Part shown: one piece after another, positions 25,701 to 36,727 of the stretch
Numbering within the stretch: the stretch's first letter is position 1
Layout: the number at the start of each line of letters is the position of its first letter
From: Selaginella moellendorffii
Taxonomy: Eukaryota > Plantae > Lycopodiophyta
DNA length: 64,000 nt
Assembly (NCBI RefSeq): GCF_000143415.4
Contig: NW_003314291.1
Span: 1,592,517 to 1,656,516, forward strand
Reading direction: 5' to 3'
Made by a program: the position numbers and the translations under genes
The notes under the pieces: generated by a model
What the model saw: only the letters and a program-made list of their open reading frames with translations
Databases searched by the model: none
What the model was told of the DNA's origin: nothing

Positions 25701-27653
25701 GGAAGTTCAGATGGAAAAACATCAAAAAACTCGTCGAGTACATCCCGTACTGCTGCTTCTCCCCCACACGTGCCTTGGTCACCCAAGTCACGAACAAACA
25801 GCAAGTAACTCGAAAGTGCTTTTCCATTACGACAAGCCCGCTTCAAAGATGTAGCAGAGAGCATAACAACTAGTGGTTGAACGCCCTCGCCAAACCACAC
25901 ATCTTTAACTCCACCATACTCCAGCGAGATACGCTTAATGCTCCACTTTATCTCTGGATCCACCTTCACCAACCATGGCATCCCAAGAATGAGATCCACA
26001 TGATGGATATCCGCGAGATAAAAAGTCTCCACAAGTGTGGTTTTGCCAACCAACACTTCCAGCCCCTCGACACAAGCATCGAAATGCTGAGCAGAGGTAG
26101 CTGCACCTTCCACTGTGTATGGAAGAACTCCACGTGTGTTCAGGCGATGCTCCGCAACAAACTTTGCCGAAACAAAGTTGTCATCGCTCCCACTATCCAG
26201 TAAAATCTGCACTGGATTGCCACGGAACATGCCCTCCAGCATTAAAGCTGATTCACGCGTATCCTCAAGCTCCATCTTGTTCCACACACAGTTGAGCTGA
26301 CGAGCAACGATCGAAAGTCGCTTCCTCCGACCGGAATGGTCGTTCTCCTCCTCCTCACGCTGCAAAGTTTGCAACTTTTTAGTATCGGACTTACCGTGAG
26401 AAGAAGATTGGCCATTCTTCTTGTCCTGCTGCTTGTTCTTCAACTGCGGACAATCAGCCTTGTAGTGTCCAAGTTCGCCGCAATGATGACAACCCTGTCT
26501 ATAATTCTTCACAAAGAACTTCTGCTTCTTGGACCCCTTTGCATCCGAGGTAGTCACCACCGACTTCAACTTGTGATGCTTGTTCCCATCCTTGTGTCCA
26601 CGGCAATCATCACGACGATTCTCGACAGAAGGACTCCGCGAACGCTTGCGAGACTTGTGCTTGTCATTATCAAGTCGACGAGCCGCATCAAAGAGCTCCT
26701 CCAAACTCTTTGTAGGCTGAGAATGACGCAAGTGTTGCCGCATGCTCTCACTATGTAGGCCATCAATGAAGTAGGATTTGTTCTGATCTGGATCCTTCGT
26801 TGGAACACGACTAATCAAGCGAGTAAGCTTCTCAATATAATCCCCAAGCGTCATTTTCCCTTGCTGGAAATGGCGAAGTTCTGTACGAGCATTCTCCACG
26901 TCGTAATGAGGGGCAAAACGTAAACGGAAAGCAGCCTCAAACTCATCCATGGTAGATACTGGTGATTTCTTATCCGCAACACGGGACTCCTCAAGCCAAT
27001 TCCACCATCGAAGACCCGCATCACGCAAAACCATCGGAATAGCCACTAAAGCCTCTGCATCTGGAGTTCCTCTAGCAGCCAAAAACTTCTTCACATTGGC
27101 TAGCCAAGCAAGACACTCGTCCACACCACCATCACCGGAAAAGGTTGGAATCTTGAGTCGATCTACCAAAGAAGGCTTACTTGGAGTGCTACCCCGTCCA
27201 GCCTCGAGTGCCTCAACACGCCCACGCATGGTATCCATCATGCCATGCATCTCGTCTTGCATCTCTTGCTGATTTTTATTAAGGGCTCGCAGCTCATGAA
27301 CCACATCTTGAATGGTCCAAATCTCCGCAGCTTCGTCGGCACCATCGTCGGCACCACCATCGATGATAGGATTCCAGCGTTCAGCTTGGTCGGCCATCGC
27401 AACCAATCCTCTGATACCAATGTTATGATCCGGCGCAAAAAGACAAAGATCTCGTTGCCCTAGACTATGCTACGCCACCTCTTGAGGTTCCTCACCACCC
27501 AACCACCCCCGAGCTACCTCAAAAGCTCCACTGCGCCGCCGCTCCACTGTGAGCCCTAGGGTAGGTTAAGTCCCTTACCCTAACATGCCTTAATATACCC
27601 TTGAGCCTCCCTTTGACCGACGTTGACCACGTAGTCAAAGCTGGCGCCTAACA
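22738..27653 (-). mobile_element. Intact, very young Ty3/Gypsy retrotransposon (chromovirus-type RT, no chromodomain)
   Basis: The 233-bp LTRs (22738-22970, 27421-27653) show one visible mismatch. TSD TGCAC. PBS TGGTATCAGAGG at 27408-27419. PPT at about 22973-22983. Confidence 0.97.
23045..27397 (-). CDS. Gag-Pol polyprotein (gag, CCHC knuckle, protease, RT, RNase H, integrase), single open frame
   Basis: Uninterrupted ORF of about 1450 aa with CHHCGELGHYKADC, LLDSGS, FLDDIL, CDASG, an H-H-C-C integrase finger, ISDRD, GQTERVN and YAGPY. Confidence 0.95.
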   Translation of the reverse strand: MADQAERWNPIIDGGADDGADEAAEIWTIQDVVHELRALNKNQQEMQDEMHGMMDTMRGRVEALEAGRGSTPSKPSLVDRLKIPTFSGDGGVDECLAWLANVKKFLAARGTPDAEALVAIPMVLRDAGLRWWNWLEESRVADKKSPVSTMDEFEAAFRLRFAPHYDVENARTELRHFQQGKMTLGDYIEKLTRLISRVPTKDPDQNKSYFIDGLHSESMRQHLRHSQPTKSLEELFDAARRLDNDKHKSRKRSRSPSVENRRDDCRGHKDGNKHHKLKSVVTTSDAKGSKKQKFFVKNYRQGCHHCGELGHYKADCPQLKNKQQDKKNGQSSSHGKSDTKKLQTLQREEEENDHSGRRKRLSIVARQLNCVWNKMELEDTRESALMLEGMFRGNPVQILLDSGSDDNFVSAKFVAEHRLNTRGVLPYTVEGAATSAQHFDACVEGLEVLVGKTTLVETFYLADIHHVDLILGMPWLVKVDPEIKWSIKRISLEYGGVKDVWFGEGVQPLVVMLSATSLKRACRNGKALSSYLLFVRDLGDQGTCGGEAAVRDVLDEFFDVFPSELPHGLPPLRGVEHGITLEPGTRPIYRRPFRLSYAEEQEVQRQVKELLEFGFIQPSKSPFGAPVLLVKKKDGSMRMCIDYRALNKKTVKDKMPMPRVDDILDKLGEARVFTKIDLRSGYHQIAMDDASISKTAFNTSFGHFEFTVMPFGLTNAPATFTRLMTEVFGRYLHEFVEIFLDDILVFSKNMEEHRVHLRKVLLLLRDSKLYAKKSKCEFAKSEVEYLGHIVTSKGVKTDPRKVAVVENWPTPTTVAELRSFLGMASYYRCFQHKFAEVAIPLTRLLRKNVPFEWKTPQEESFVALKRLLIKAPVLRIADPSKPYEVTCDASGYALGGVLMQEGQPIAYESRTLNSTEQRYSTYEQELLSIVHALRTWRHYLYGAVFVVLTDHKPLVYLFTQKELNTRQARWMVKLMEFGEFPIEHRPGKSNVVADALSRVRHVTMLRTRFCHHLSKVVSEFGQLVEHAQAQDAEVASLRDQMEAPFSLVDGILYYNGRVYLPRVDALITQVLFHYHDRPEAGHFGGKKTYELIKRNFYWRNMKADILKYCKSCELCQRVKVPREKPGGLLQPLPIPQSRWCSISMDFITCLPRTQRQKEQVWVIVDRLTKYVRLLALRKTVTASDLAAVYLEKVFPDFGLPEDIISDRDSKFTSGFWKSFAKAMQVTLKLSSGDHPQMDGQTERVNQVVEDMLRCSIGQRQGQWDLYLPLVQFAYNNSQHSGTKLSPYFAMFGRHPRTAVELGLHLSKDVQEKLDSEATDLATELDEILVVCKRNLQAAQDRAEKFANEHRQFREYKVGDLVFVRVIFPSSERRNTLVPLRIGKSDKLSHRYAGPYEVLERIGKAAYRVRLPAGVKIHPVFYVSQLKGVLSRSDGPNASLMYTAVEDGPGA

Positions 27654-28914
27654 TGCACAATGGTTTTTTGAAAGGAGGTTGTCTCCACGATATTGTGGGC
27701 CTTGGACAATTTTATAGTGTGTGGGAGATCTTGTATACACTTTGGACTTGCCAACTAGTTTGAAGATTCATCTAACATTCCATGTGAGCAAGCTTAAAGT
27801 GTGTTTGCACTCTAGTGATATCATGGATCAATGCATTATCCAGGTCCTAGAGATTGATTGTGAGAAGGCTGGTTTGACCAATATTTTTGCTTAAATATTG
27901 ATGAAAATATGCCAAAAAATAATTAGAGAGTTGTTAGTTTAGTGAAATGGTTATTCTATGGACGAAGCTACATAAGAAACTGAGGATGATATGAAAAGAG
28001 TGTTTCCAAGTTTTGGTTATGACTTGGATGACATTCCTAAGGAAAGGGAGGATTGAGTTCTATAGCTGTATTACTATATAATTTGAGCTATTTATTTTGT
28101 TTTTATTCTTTTGTTTCTATGACCATATTGTCATGTTATTTTGCTTTTTTTCTTTCATGGCTGTTTGTCGCAACGTTGATGTTGCTGTTTGCACATCTTT
28201 TCTCCATGGCTATATTGCCTTGGACTCCCTTCATATGAGGCTCATTTAACTTTTTGAGGCTGCCATATGTGGCTAGGTCATAAGGGAGGGGAAAATGACA
28301 TGAACCATAGGAATATTCTAAGAATATTCTATAGTGTGGGATTTAAGGCCATTCCATAACTACCACACCACCAAAATCTTAATTATTATAGTTGAGGTGG
28401 GATCAACATATGTAGGAGCCATAGAATCAGTTAGAGGAGGTATATATGAAAGTTTTAGAGAATAAAACAGCATAATACCAAAGCTTTCCTTCACTCTGTG
28501 AGCAATAATAATGCCATTATCGAAAGTGGTAGCATAATATCCTCTCACAAAGGTCCAATAGAACTGCAAACATTGATAAAACAATTTTATTTGATGGGCT
28601 TATACATGTTAGGATCCATACAAACAAGCAAATCCTTAACTTGTTTTCCAAATTAATTTGCCATCTTATCATATTGTTGCCACAATTTCAAGAAATCATC
28701 CATAGAGGCAACCTCATTTGTATGGGGTAGAAAATCTTATTGAAAACCATATAAGACAAATTGGATGATGGATTTGGAGATAGTGTTAATCATAGTGCAA
28801 CATTTCTTTGAAAATAGGGAGGAAACTCTTGAAGCTTGGCAACATCATCCCATCTATTGTATTTTGAAACTTAGTAACATCATTCCATCTATTGTATCTT
28901 GAAGCTTGAGAAAA

Positions 28915-30975
28915 ACTTTTAATCACTATTTTATCCCCATTCCCAAAATTATAAGGATTCATAATAGCAATATGTTAAAATCTCATCCCATAATTATATA
29001 TGTTACACTCATCTCCCTTTTAGAATGTTAATATCCTCATGCTAAGGGGAATCAACACCTTTATTTCCATATTAAATCCACCCCCATTTAGACATGTTAA
29101 TATCCTCATACCAAAGGGACATTTATCTCTTTTATTCTAAATCAACCAAAATAGGGGTAAGTGTTTAATGAAAGATCCCTTAGTAACTATTTTATCCCTA
29201 TTTATCTTCTAAGGTTTTAAAGATTCATGTGTAAGTGACTAAATTTTCCATTCTACTTTAGTCACTTAACCGCACCTCCGACCACTTGGAAGAATCTCAT
29301 TCACAACCTTTATAAGTCGCACTCAGGACTTGGGGCTTGCTAGCTCTGAGAATGGCATCTATGCCACTCAACCTTTGCACTTGGTCCAAATGCTCCACGT
29401 GTCCGGTCCCATGACCGACACCCCAAGGCACCACCAATATACCAGTCTGTTACGCTAGGCCATGCCCAATCACCTTGGTCATATCGGTGGTTCAACACCA
29501 CCTGCATTGCAATCCCATCTCTCCAAGACTAGGCCATTTATCCATGAGTGGTCATCCCAGATCCACTCTTTAGCATCCTTAGGATGCCCGCAGACATAGG
29601 GAATAACCTTCCCCAATATCTCCTTTTTGATCCCCATCAAGTCCCTTTCTGTCCTTGGCCGTGTTCGCCCACACTACCACTGGATCAAGGCCCATGGGCC
29701 CGACCACTAAGTCCCACTGTCTTCTAAGACTTCCTCATTGTGTGACTGTGTCCTTGGTCACCACACCAGAGGGCTACTCCTCTTCCTTTCCACAGTCCGG
29801 GACTTTGGGACAACATTTCGGAACACCATGGCCCTACGCGGGCCTCATGGGTACTCTCCCCACATTCCACCTTTAGGTGCTCTAGCCATGGGCTTAGAGC
29901 GAGGTTCCGTTGAGCCATGTCAGGTATCCAAGTAGGTAGTGCCACCCACACTTGGACTGAGAGCATTGGCCAGTCGATCTCCCAGGGGAACTAAAGCCGG
30001 CTCTTGAACACTTCACCAAGCTACCCCGCTTGTCAATCCGTGTTCACTCTAGTCTTGGACTTCCCAGTGGGCAGCTCATCACCCAACATTGGGTACAGCC
30101 TTTCTGGGCCAAACTGGCCTTTCCTGGCCAAACTGGCTCCACTACAGTCCTCCCCCTCACTATACTTTTGGAGCTCACCAAACCCCCCAGGGTTTGGGAG
30201 ACAAACGCTTTGGGCTTTCACCCTCTCAAACTCGGACTTGGACTCGGACTTAGACTCGGACTCGGAATCGGGCTTGGTCTTGGCCTCGGCCTCGGTCTCG
30301 GTCTCGGTCCTGATCTCGGTCTCGGTCTCGGTCTCGGTCTTGACCTCGGACTCCATCTTGGGTCCTTCTCAGACTCCATCTTAGATTCCATCTCGGACTC
30401 CATCTCGGACTCCATCTTGGGTCCATCTCGAACTCCATCTCGGACTCCATCTCGGGTCCATCTCGGACTCCATCTCGGACTTCATCTCGGGTCCATCTTG
30501 GACTCCATCTCGGACTTCATCTTGGGTCCATCTTGGACTCCATCTCGGGTCCACCTCAAACTCCAACTCGGGTCCATCTCGGACTCCATCTCGGACTCCA
30601 CCTCGGACTCCACCTCGGACTCCAACTCGGGTCCATCTCGGACTCCATCTCGGACTCCACCTCGGACTCCAACTCGGGTCCATCTCGGACTCCATCTCAG
30701 ACTCTTCCACGTGTCATGTGTTGGTCCTTTTGGGTCCCTTTTTAGAGCCTCATTTATTGCTCGCTTTGTGCTCATTCCTCAAGCACTTTGTTCGGAGTTC
30801 CACTCCCGCTCTCAATCTTTCAAGTCAGAGCTTTTAGTCCAAACGTGTTACGCTCATTTGGCTTTCACTTCGACCACTACCACGTGGCGCCCTTCTGGCT
30901 CCACTTTAGGGCCTAGGGATTTTGTGTCTCACATCATGATGATAGTAAATTTCATCCTATAATCATATGTGCTAT
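28915..30975 (-). mobile_element. Decayed copy of the TRIM family (28915-29229 and 30939-30975), split by a family A solo LTR
   Basis: Reverse-complement similarity to the LTRs at 32450-33101 (CTATTTTATCCC.., CATCCCATAAT..TGTTACA plus a PPT complement). Confidence 0.55.
29230..30933 (-). mobile_element. Family A solo LTR
   Basis: Full LTR TGTAAG...CTCACA with TSD TCATG at 29225-29229 and 30934-30938. Confidence 0.92.
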
Positions 30976-31049
30976 AATTTATAATATATGGCCATTATCC
31001 CAAAATGCTCAATCCATAAGTAGGGATTCTTTATGGGCAACTTAGAAAA

Positions 31050-31253
31050 CTATATTTGACGCACATGTGTATTAAGAGGATGTAAGAGCACTTGGTTAAG
31101 GATAAGGAAATTAACCTACCCTTAGGGTTCATAGTGGAATGGTAGTGCAATAGAGCTTTTTTTTAGCATAGGGTGGTTGGGTGGTGAGGAACTTTAAAAG
31201 GCATAACATAATTTAAAGAGGCTAGACATTTTGTCTATTAATGCTAAATTATT
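31050..31253 (+). mobile_element. Old, deaminated LTR related to the 233-bp LTR of the young Ty3 element
   Basis: Shares TTAACCTACCC..AGGG..CA.AGTGGA and GGGTGGTTGGGTGGTGAGGAAC with the reverse complement of 22738-22970. Confidence 0.7.
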
Positions 31254-34112
31254 GTAAGTGATTAATTTTTCCATTTTTATTTTAGTCATTTAACCACACT
31301 TAGAAGAGTCCCATTCACAACCTCCATAAGTTTTATTCCTGACTTAAAGACTTGCTAGCCTCATAAATGGCCTCTATGCCACTCTGCCTTTGCACTTGGT
31401 CCAAGTGCTCTATGTGTCTAATCCAACTATAGACACCCGAAGGCACCATTGACATATCAATCCATTATGCTAAGGTTATATCTATTCACTTTTATCTTAT
31501 TAGTAGTCCAAGACCACTTGTACCATAGTCCTGTTTCCCAAAGACTGGGTCATCCATCCATGAGTGGCATTCCATAACCACACCTTAGAATCCTTAGGAT
31601 GCTTGGAGACATGGGGAACACCCTTCCCTAATGAGGGCACCAGCTAGATGGTTTGATTAGTCTTTCACCCCTATCCCTTCTTAGATCCTGACCAAGTCCT
31701 TCTCTACCTATGGCAATGTTCACCAATATTGTTATTTTGTTAGGGCCTGAAGGCTCGACAACTAAGTCCCATTGACCCTAAAACTTTCTCACCATATGAT
31801 TGTATCCTAGATCACAACACAAGAGGCTTACTCCTCTTCCTTTCCATAGTCCAGGACTTTGGGATGATATTTCAAAAGACCGTGGCTTAACATGAGCTTT
31901 GTGGGTACTCCCCCCACCTTCTGCCTTTGGGCAGCTATGTGCTAGAGTGAGGTTCTAATGAGCTATGCTAGGTATCCAAGTCGGTAACCCACACTTGTAT
32001 TGGGAACATCAACAATTTGATCTCTTGAGGGAGTTACACTTCACCAAATTACCCCACTTGTCCATCTATGCTCACTCTAACATTAAACTCCTAAGTGGTT
32101 AAATCATCACCACTATATGAGTGTAGCCTTCCTGGGTCACACTGGCCTCCCAACCTAGATAAATTGGTTCCACCAGAGTCCAACCCCCACATTTTCTCTA
32201 CTATACCTTTGGAACCCCCTACAGTGCCCTCCCTTTAGGGGACGATTGCCTTGGGTTTTCACCCCATAACCCATATTAATATTTGGATTTGGACTCAAAC
32301 TCGATCTCAAACTCGGTCTTGGTCTTGGATCCAGTCTTAATTTTGGTCTTGGTCTTGATTTGAGTCTCAATCTTAGTCTCGAACTCCATCTTAGACCCGA
32401 TTATGAGACATAAATCCCTAAACCCAAAGTGGAGCCAAAAGTGTGCCATTGTAGCACATGTGATCATAAGATAAGATTTGGATATACTATCACTGTGGAT
32501 ATTTGGAATTTTGGGGGATAAATGGGGATAAAATACCCATTAAGGGCTCTTTCATTAAGTAATTACCCTTTTTTCAGCTGGCTTAAGGGGAGAGATAGGG
32601 TGTGTTATATGTGGTATTAGAGCAAATAGCACGGATTTGATTCCCATTGATTAGTGGCTACTTAAAAATATAATATACCCTTGAGCATGGTATATTCCTA
32701 CTCCTAAATTTCAAATTGTATGTATTAGACATCCATGCGTATATTCCACGAACGAAGGTATTTATCATGAGACTGTAGTATGGGTGAATGACTAGTTGCC
32801 TCACATGAAATACCTAGTCTAAATAATGGAAGGATTAGTAGATTCAGTGAGGAAATGAAGGTGCGAGTTCCCTTAGGTTTAGTAGGGGTTGTTAATCAAT
32901 AGTCAATGAGAACATTGACATCTCTCAAGGGGGGGTGAGTGTAGTGCATGTGATCATGGGATAAAAATTGGATATACCGTCACCGTGGATCCTTGGAATT
33001 TTGAGGGATAAATAGGGATAAAATAGTTATTAAGAACTCTTTTATAAAGCAATTGCCCCTTTTTTAGTTGGCTTAAAAGGAGATAAATAGGGTGCGCTAT
33101 AGCCATATGGTAGTGGTCAAAGTGAGAGTCTAATGATCATAAAACATTTGGATTAAAAGCTTCAATTCAGAAAATTGAGAGCGGGAGTGGAACTCCCAAT
33201 GACGTGCTTAAGGAATAAGCACGAAGTGATTGATGAATGAGTCTCTAAAAAGGGACACAGGAAGGACTTATATATAGTAAATATTATGACATGTGGAAGT
33301 GTCAGAATAGAGTTTGAGATGGAGTTTGAAAAGTGGTCCGAGGAGTTCGAGATGGATCTGAGATGAAGTCTAAGATAGAGTCTAAGATGGAGTTTGAGAA
33401 GGAGTTTGAGATGGAGTCTGAGAAAGAGTCTAAGATGGAGTCCGAGAAGGAGTCTGAGATGGAGTCCAAGATGAAGTCTTAAATGGAGTCTCAGATGGAG
33501 TCTAAGATGAAATCCAAGATGGAGTGTAAGATGGAGTTCAAGATGGAGTCTGGATGAAGACAGAGACTGGGTTTGAGATAGATTTTGAGACCAAGATCGA
33601 GACCGAGACCGAGACCGAGATCAAGACCAAGTCTAAGTCTGAGTTTGAGGGGTGGGGGATAGTGTAAGTGACTAATTTTTCCATTCTACTTTAATCACTT
33701 AACCACACTTTTGACCACTTGGAAGAGTCTCATTCACAACCTCCATAAGTCCAATTTAGGACTTGGGGCCTGCAAGCCACCAAAGTGGCATCCATGCCAC
33801 TCAACCTTTGCACTTGGTCCAAGTGTTCCACATGTCCGATCCTATGACCGACACCCCAAGATACCACCGACATATCAGCCCATTACACTAAGGCCATACC
33901 TATTTGCCTTGGTCACACTAGTGGTTCAACACCACCTGTATCATAGTCTTGTCTCTCAAAAACTGTGCCATCTATCCATGAGTGATCATCCTAGATCCAC
34001 TCCTTAGCATCCTTAGGATGCCCAGAGATATGGGGAACAACCTTCCCCAATATCCATTTTACAATCCCCACCAAGTCCCTTTTCCGTCTATGGCCATATT
34101 CGCCAACATTGT
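31254..34112. mobile_element. Cluster of old family A LTR fragments in alternating orientation (31254-32400, 32403-33660, 33663-34112)
   Basis: Colinear similarity to 693-3335 with heavy C>T/G>A decay of the repeat array. Confidence 0.85.
32450..33101 (+). mobile_element. TRIM (miniature LTR element)
   Basis: Direct repeats of about 160 bp (from 32450 and 32940), PBS TGGTATTAGAGC at about 32613, PPT AAGGGGGGGTGAG before 32940, TSD GCCAT (32445-32449 / 33102-33106), and a non-coding interior of about 330 bp. Confidence 0.88.
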
Positions 34113-34300
34113 TGTCTCACAATATAGTCATGTGGTGAGGAAGTCCTAGAGGACAGTGGGACTTAGTGGTCAAGCCTATAGGCCTTGTCCCAGTGCAAAA
34201 TCCCTAGGCTCCAAAGTGGAGCCGGAAGGGCACCACGTGGTAGTGGCCGAAGCGAAAGCTAAACGAGCGTAACACGTTTGGACTCGAGGAATGAGCACGA

Positions 34301-34576
34301 GGAGTGGCAAAAAGCATGGCTGCCATGTTTTGGTAGAGGAGATCACAAGGAGGTTCGTTGGAGATGGCGCCCCCCGGAGTCGATCTTGCGGTCAGCACGA
34401 AGGGGGGATATGGATCTGGACGTGATACGACGGAGACGACCGCAGCCGCTTCTACTGCAGGCCTAGTCTCACTTTAGATGAGGGAGATCACCACTAGGTA
34501 GCATGAGCTTTGGGCAGCATGCCCAGTTTTTGTATTAGTCCCTACGGGACATTGGGGAATGTACATACACGTTTCA
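34301..34576 (+). mobile_element. Short insertion with 17-bp TSD, probably a 5'-truncated non-LTR retroposon
   Basis: TCGAGGAATGAGCACGA is duplicated at 34284-34300 and 34577-34593. The insert is absent from other family A LTRs. Confidence 0.65.
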
Positions 34577-36727
34577 TCGAGGAATGAGCACGAAGCGAGC
34601 AATAAGCGAGGCTCTAAAAAAAGGGACCCAAAAGGACCCGAGATGGAGTCCGAGATGGACCCGAGATTGAATTTGAGATGGAGTCCGAGAAGGACCCGAG
34701 ATGGAGTTCGAGGTCGAGACCAAGACGGGGACCGAGACCGAGACCGGGACCGAGACCGGGACTAAGACCGAGACCGAGATCGGGACTAGGACCGAGACCG
34801 AGACCGAGGCCAAGTTCGAGTCCGAGTCCGAGTCCGAGTTTGAGTCTGAGAGGGTGAAAGCCCAAAGCGTTCGTCTCCTAGACCCTGGGGGGTTTGGTGA
34901 GCTCCAAAAGTATAATAAGGGGGAGGACTGCAATGGAGCCAGTTTGGCCAAGAAAGGCTAGTTTTGCCAGGAAAGGTTAGTTTGGCCCAGGAAGGCTATA
35001 CCCAGTGTTGGGTGATGAACTGCTTACTGGGAAGTCCAAGACTAGAGTGAACACGGACCAACAAGCGGGGTAGCTTGGTGAAGTGTTCAAGAGCTGGCTT
35101 TAGTTCCCCCGGGAGATCGACTGGCTGATGCTCCCAGTCCAAGTGTGGGTGGCACTACTTACTTGGATACCTGGTGTTGTTGGGGGAAGGAGGGGCGCCT
35201 CCCCCAATGCTTGCTCAAACACGAGAAATGCTTCACTGCTCTCTGCAAAAATGCCCCCCCTCGCCCTTGTGAGGCAAGGGTTTTATACAAGGAAGATGGG
35301 GAATATTCTGAGGACCAGAATATTCCCTCTCTCTCTCTCACTCTCTCGGTGGCCACGCCCTAACATGTGACCACGGTGGATCGCGCTGGCTCCAGATGCG
35401 CGAGAACCCTCCGAAGAGTGTAGAGTGTACGTTTTCTACTGATGCCAAGTGCTGGTAACTGCGTGAAATAGTAGAAACTCTAGAAAACAGAGTGGAAAAG
35501 AAAGAAAAAAAAAAGGTAGGTGAGAATTTTGGAGACAAGGAGAAAACCCGGTGGGAAACTCTGTAGTCAAACTGGACCCTGAAGTTGAAGAAAAGTGTAG
35601 AAAAAGTGTGAAAAGAGGAGGAAAATAGAGGAAAAAGAACGTGAGTACCCAAAGAACTTAACCCGTACCTGGATTTCGGCTCAGGAAAGTGTAATATGCA
35701 AATGCAACCTCTTGATGACTTCCGGTATGCTCCAAGGATTGGCCGAAATCGAGAAAGAAAGAGAGGTAGAAGAGGGGATGCGTTGCCCAAGGGTGGTAAG
35801 TGTGGAAATGATGAAAGATGGAGTGATATGGTGGAGCGCCGAGATGGTGGTGGCACTTGGAAGTGGTAGCCATTGATAACCGTTGGCCCGTAGAGTAAAC
35901 ACTGACCACTCGGAGTAGCCGGTAACCGATAACCGGTAGCCGGGTACCTGTAACCAATAACTGGTAACCACCTGCTCTCGCTCCTACTCCTGCGCCAGCT
36001 CCATGGTGGAGCGCTGAGATGGTGGTGGCTCTCTGAGAAGGTGGCTAGTCTGATGTGTCGGACTGAAGAAGTCAGCAGCTGAAAAGGACGGCATAGTCAC
36101 TGGGTTGCCAGTAAAGAGAGGTGGCATGTGTCCACTGAGTGCTGGAGCAGAAGAAAGTGGCTTCGGCTTCTGTGGCCTCGCGTAAAGATCCACCTAGGTG
36201 CCTTGAGTGAACAGGTTCACCTGGTTGGAAGAAAGTCGCTCCAGAAAAGCTAGTGCGTTGTCGGCAAATGGTCGTAAGGACATCTTGGACATGGCACGTC
36301 CAAATGAGGTGGTGTCTTTTGCTGCTGGTGCATGTATGTGCGTCCGTGGTATGGTGTAAATGTGACCTCAAATGGAGATGGGAATGATGGTGAAAGAATG
36401 AAAGATGCAAGATGGGCATCTAGAGATAAGCGCGGGCAACGCTGTTGGAAGTGATTGGTGATGGAACTGTGAGTGTAGATGATATGGAATGAGTGTGGGA
36501 AATGTGCAGGGTATAGTAATGATAAAGGAAGGGCCAAAGAACCTGGAACATAGACTGAGCCAAGCGAGGAACCTCCATACAAATGGCAATGCAGCCTGAG
36601 CACAAAATCCAAGGCATGGGCCATTGTCCAATGGAGAAACATCCTCTGAAAGTAAGAAAAGTAGCCACGAAAGTAAAGTGAAAGAAAGGAAGAGAAAGAA
36701 AAAGAAAAAGAAGAGAAGAGGAACGCC

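Larger units (their letters stand above)
22590..28052 (+). pseudogene. Fossil chromovirus integrase C-terminus and chromodomain (22590-22737 and 27659-28020) plus PPT, split by the young Ty3 insertion
   Basis: AKLNMRQAQDR...EYKVGHKVF, then RLSPRYCGPW..LDLPTSLKIH.TFHVSKLK, then the chromodomain-like LLV..NGYSMDEAT.E.E. Purine tract at 28039-28052. Confidence 0.75.

Noticed and set aside
32450-33101. TRIM as a Cassandra element
   Set aside because: No recognisable 5S rRNA-derived segment in the LTRs.
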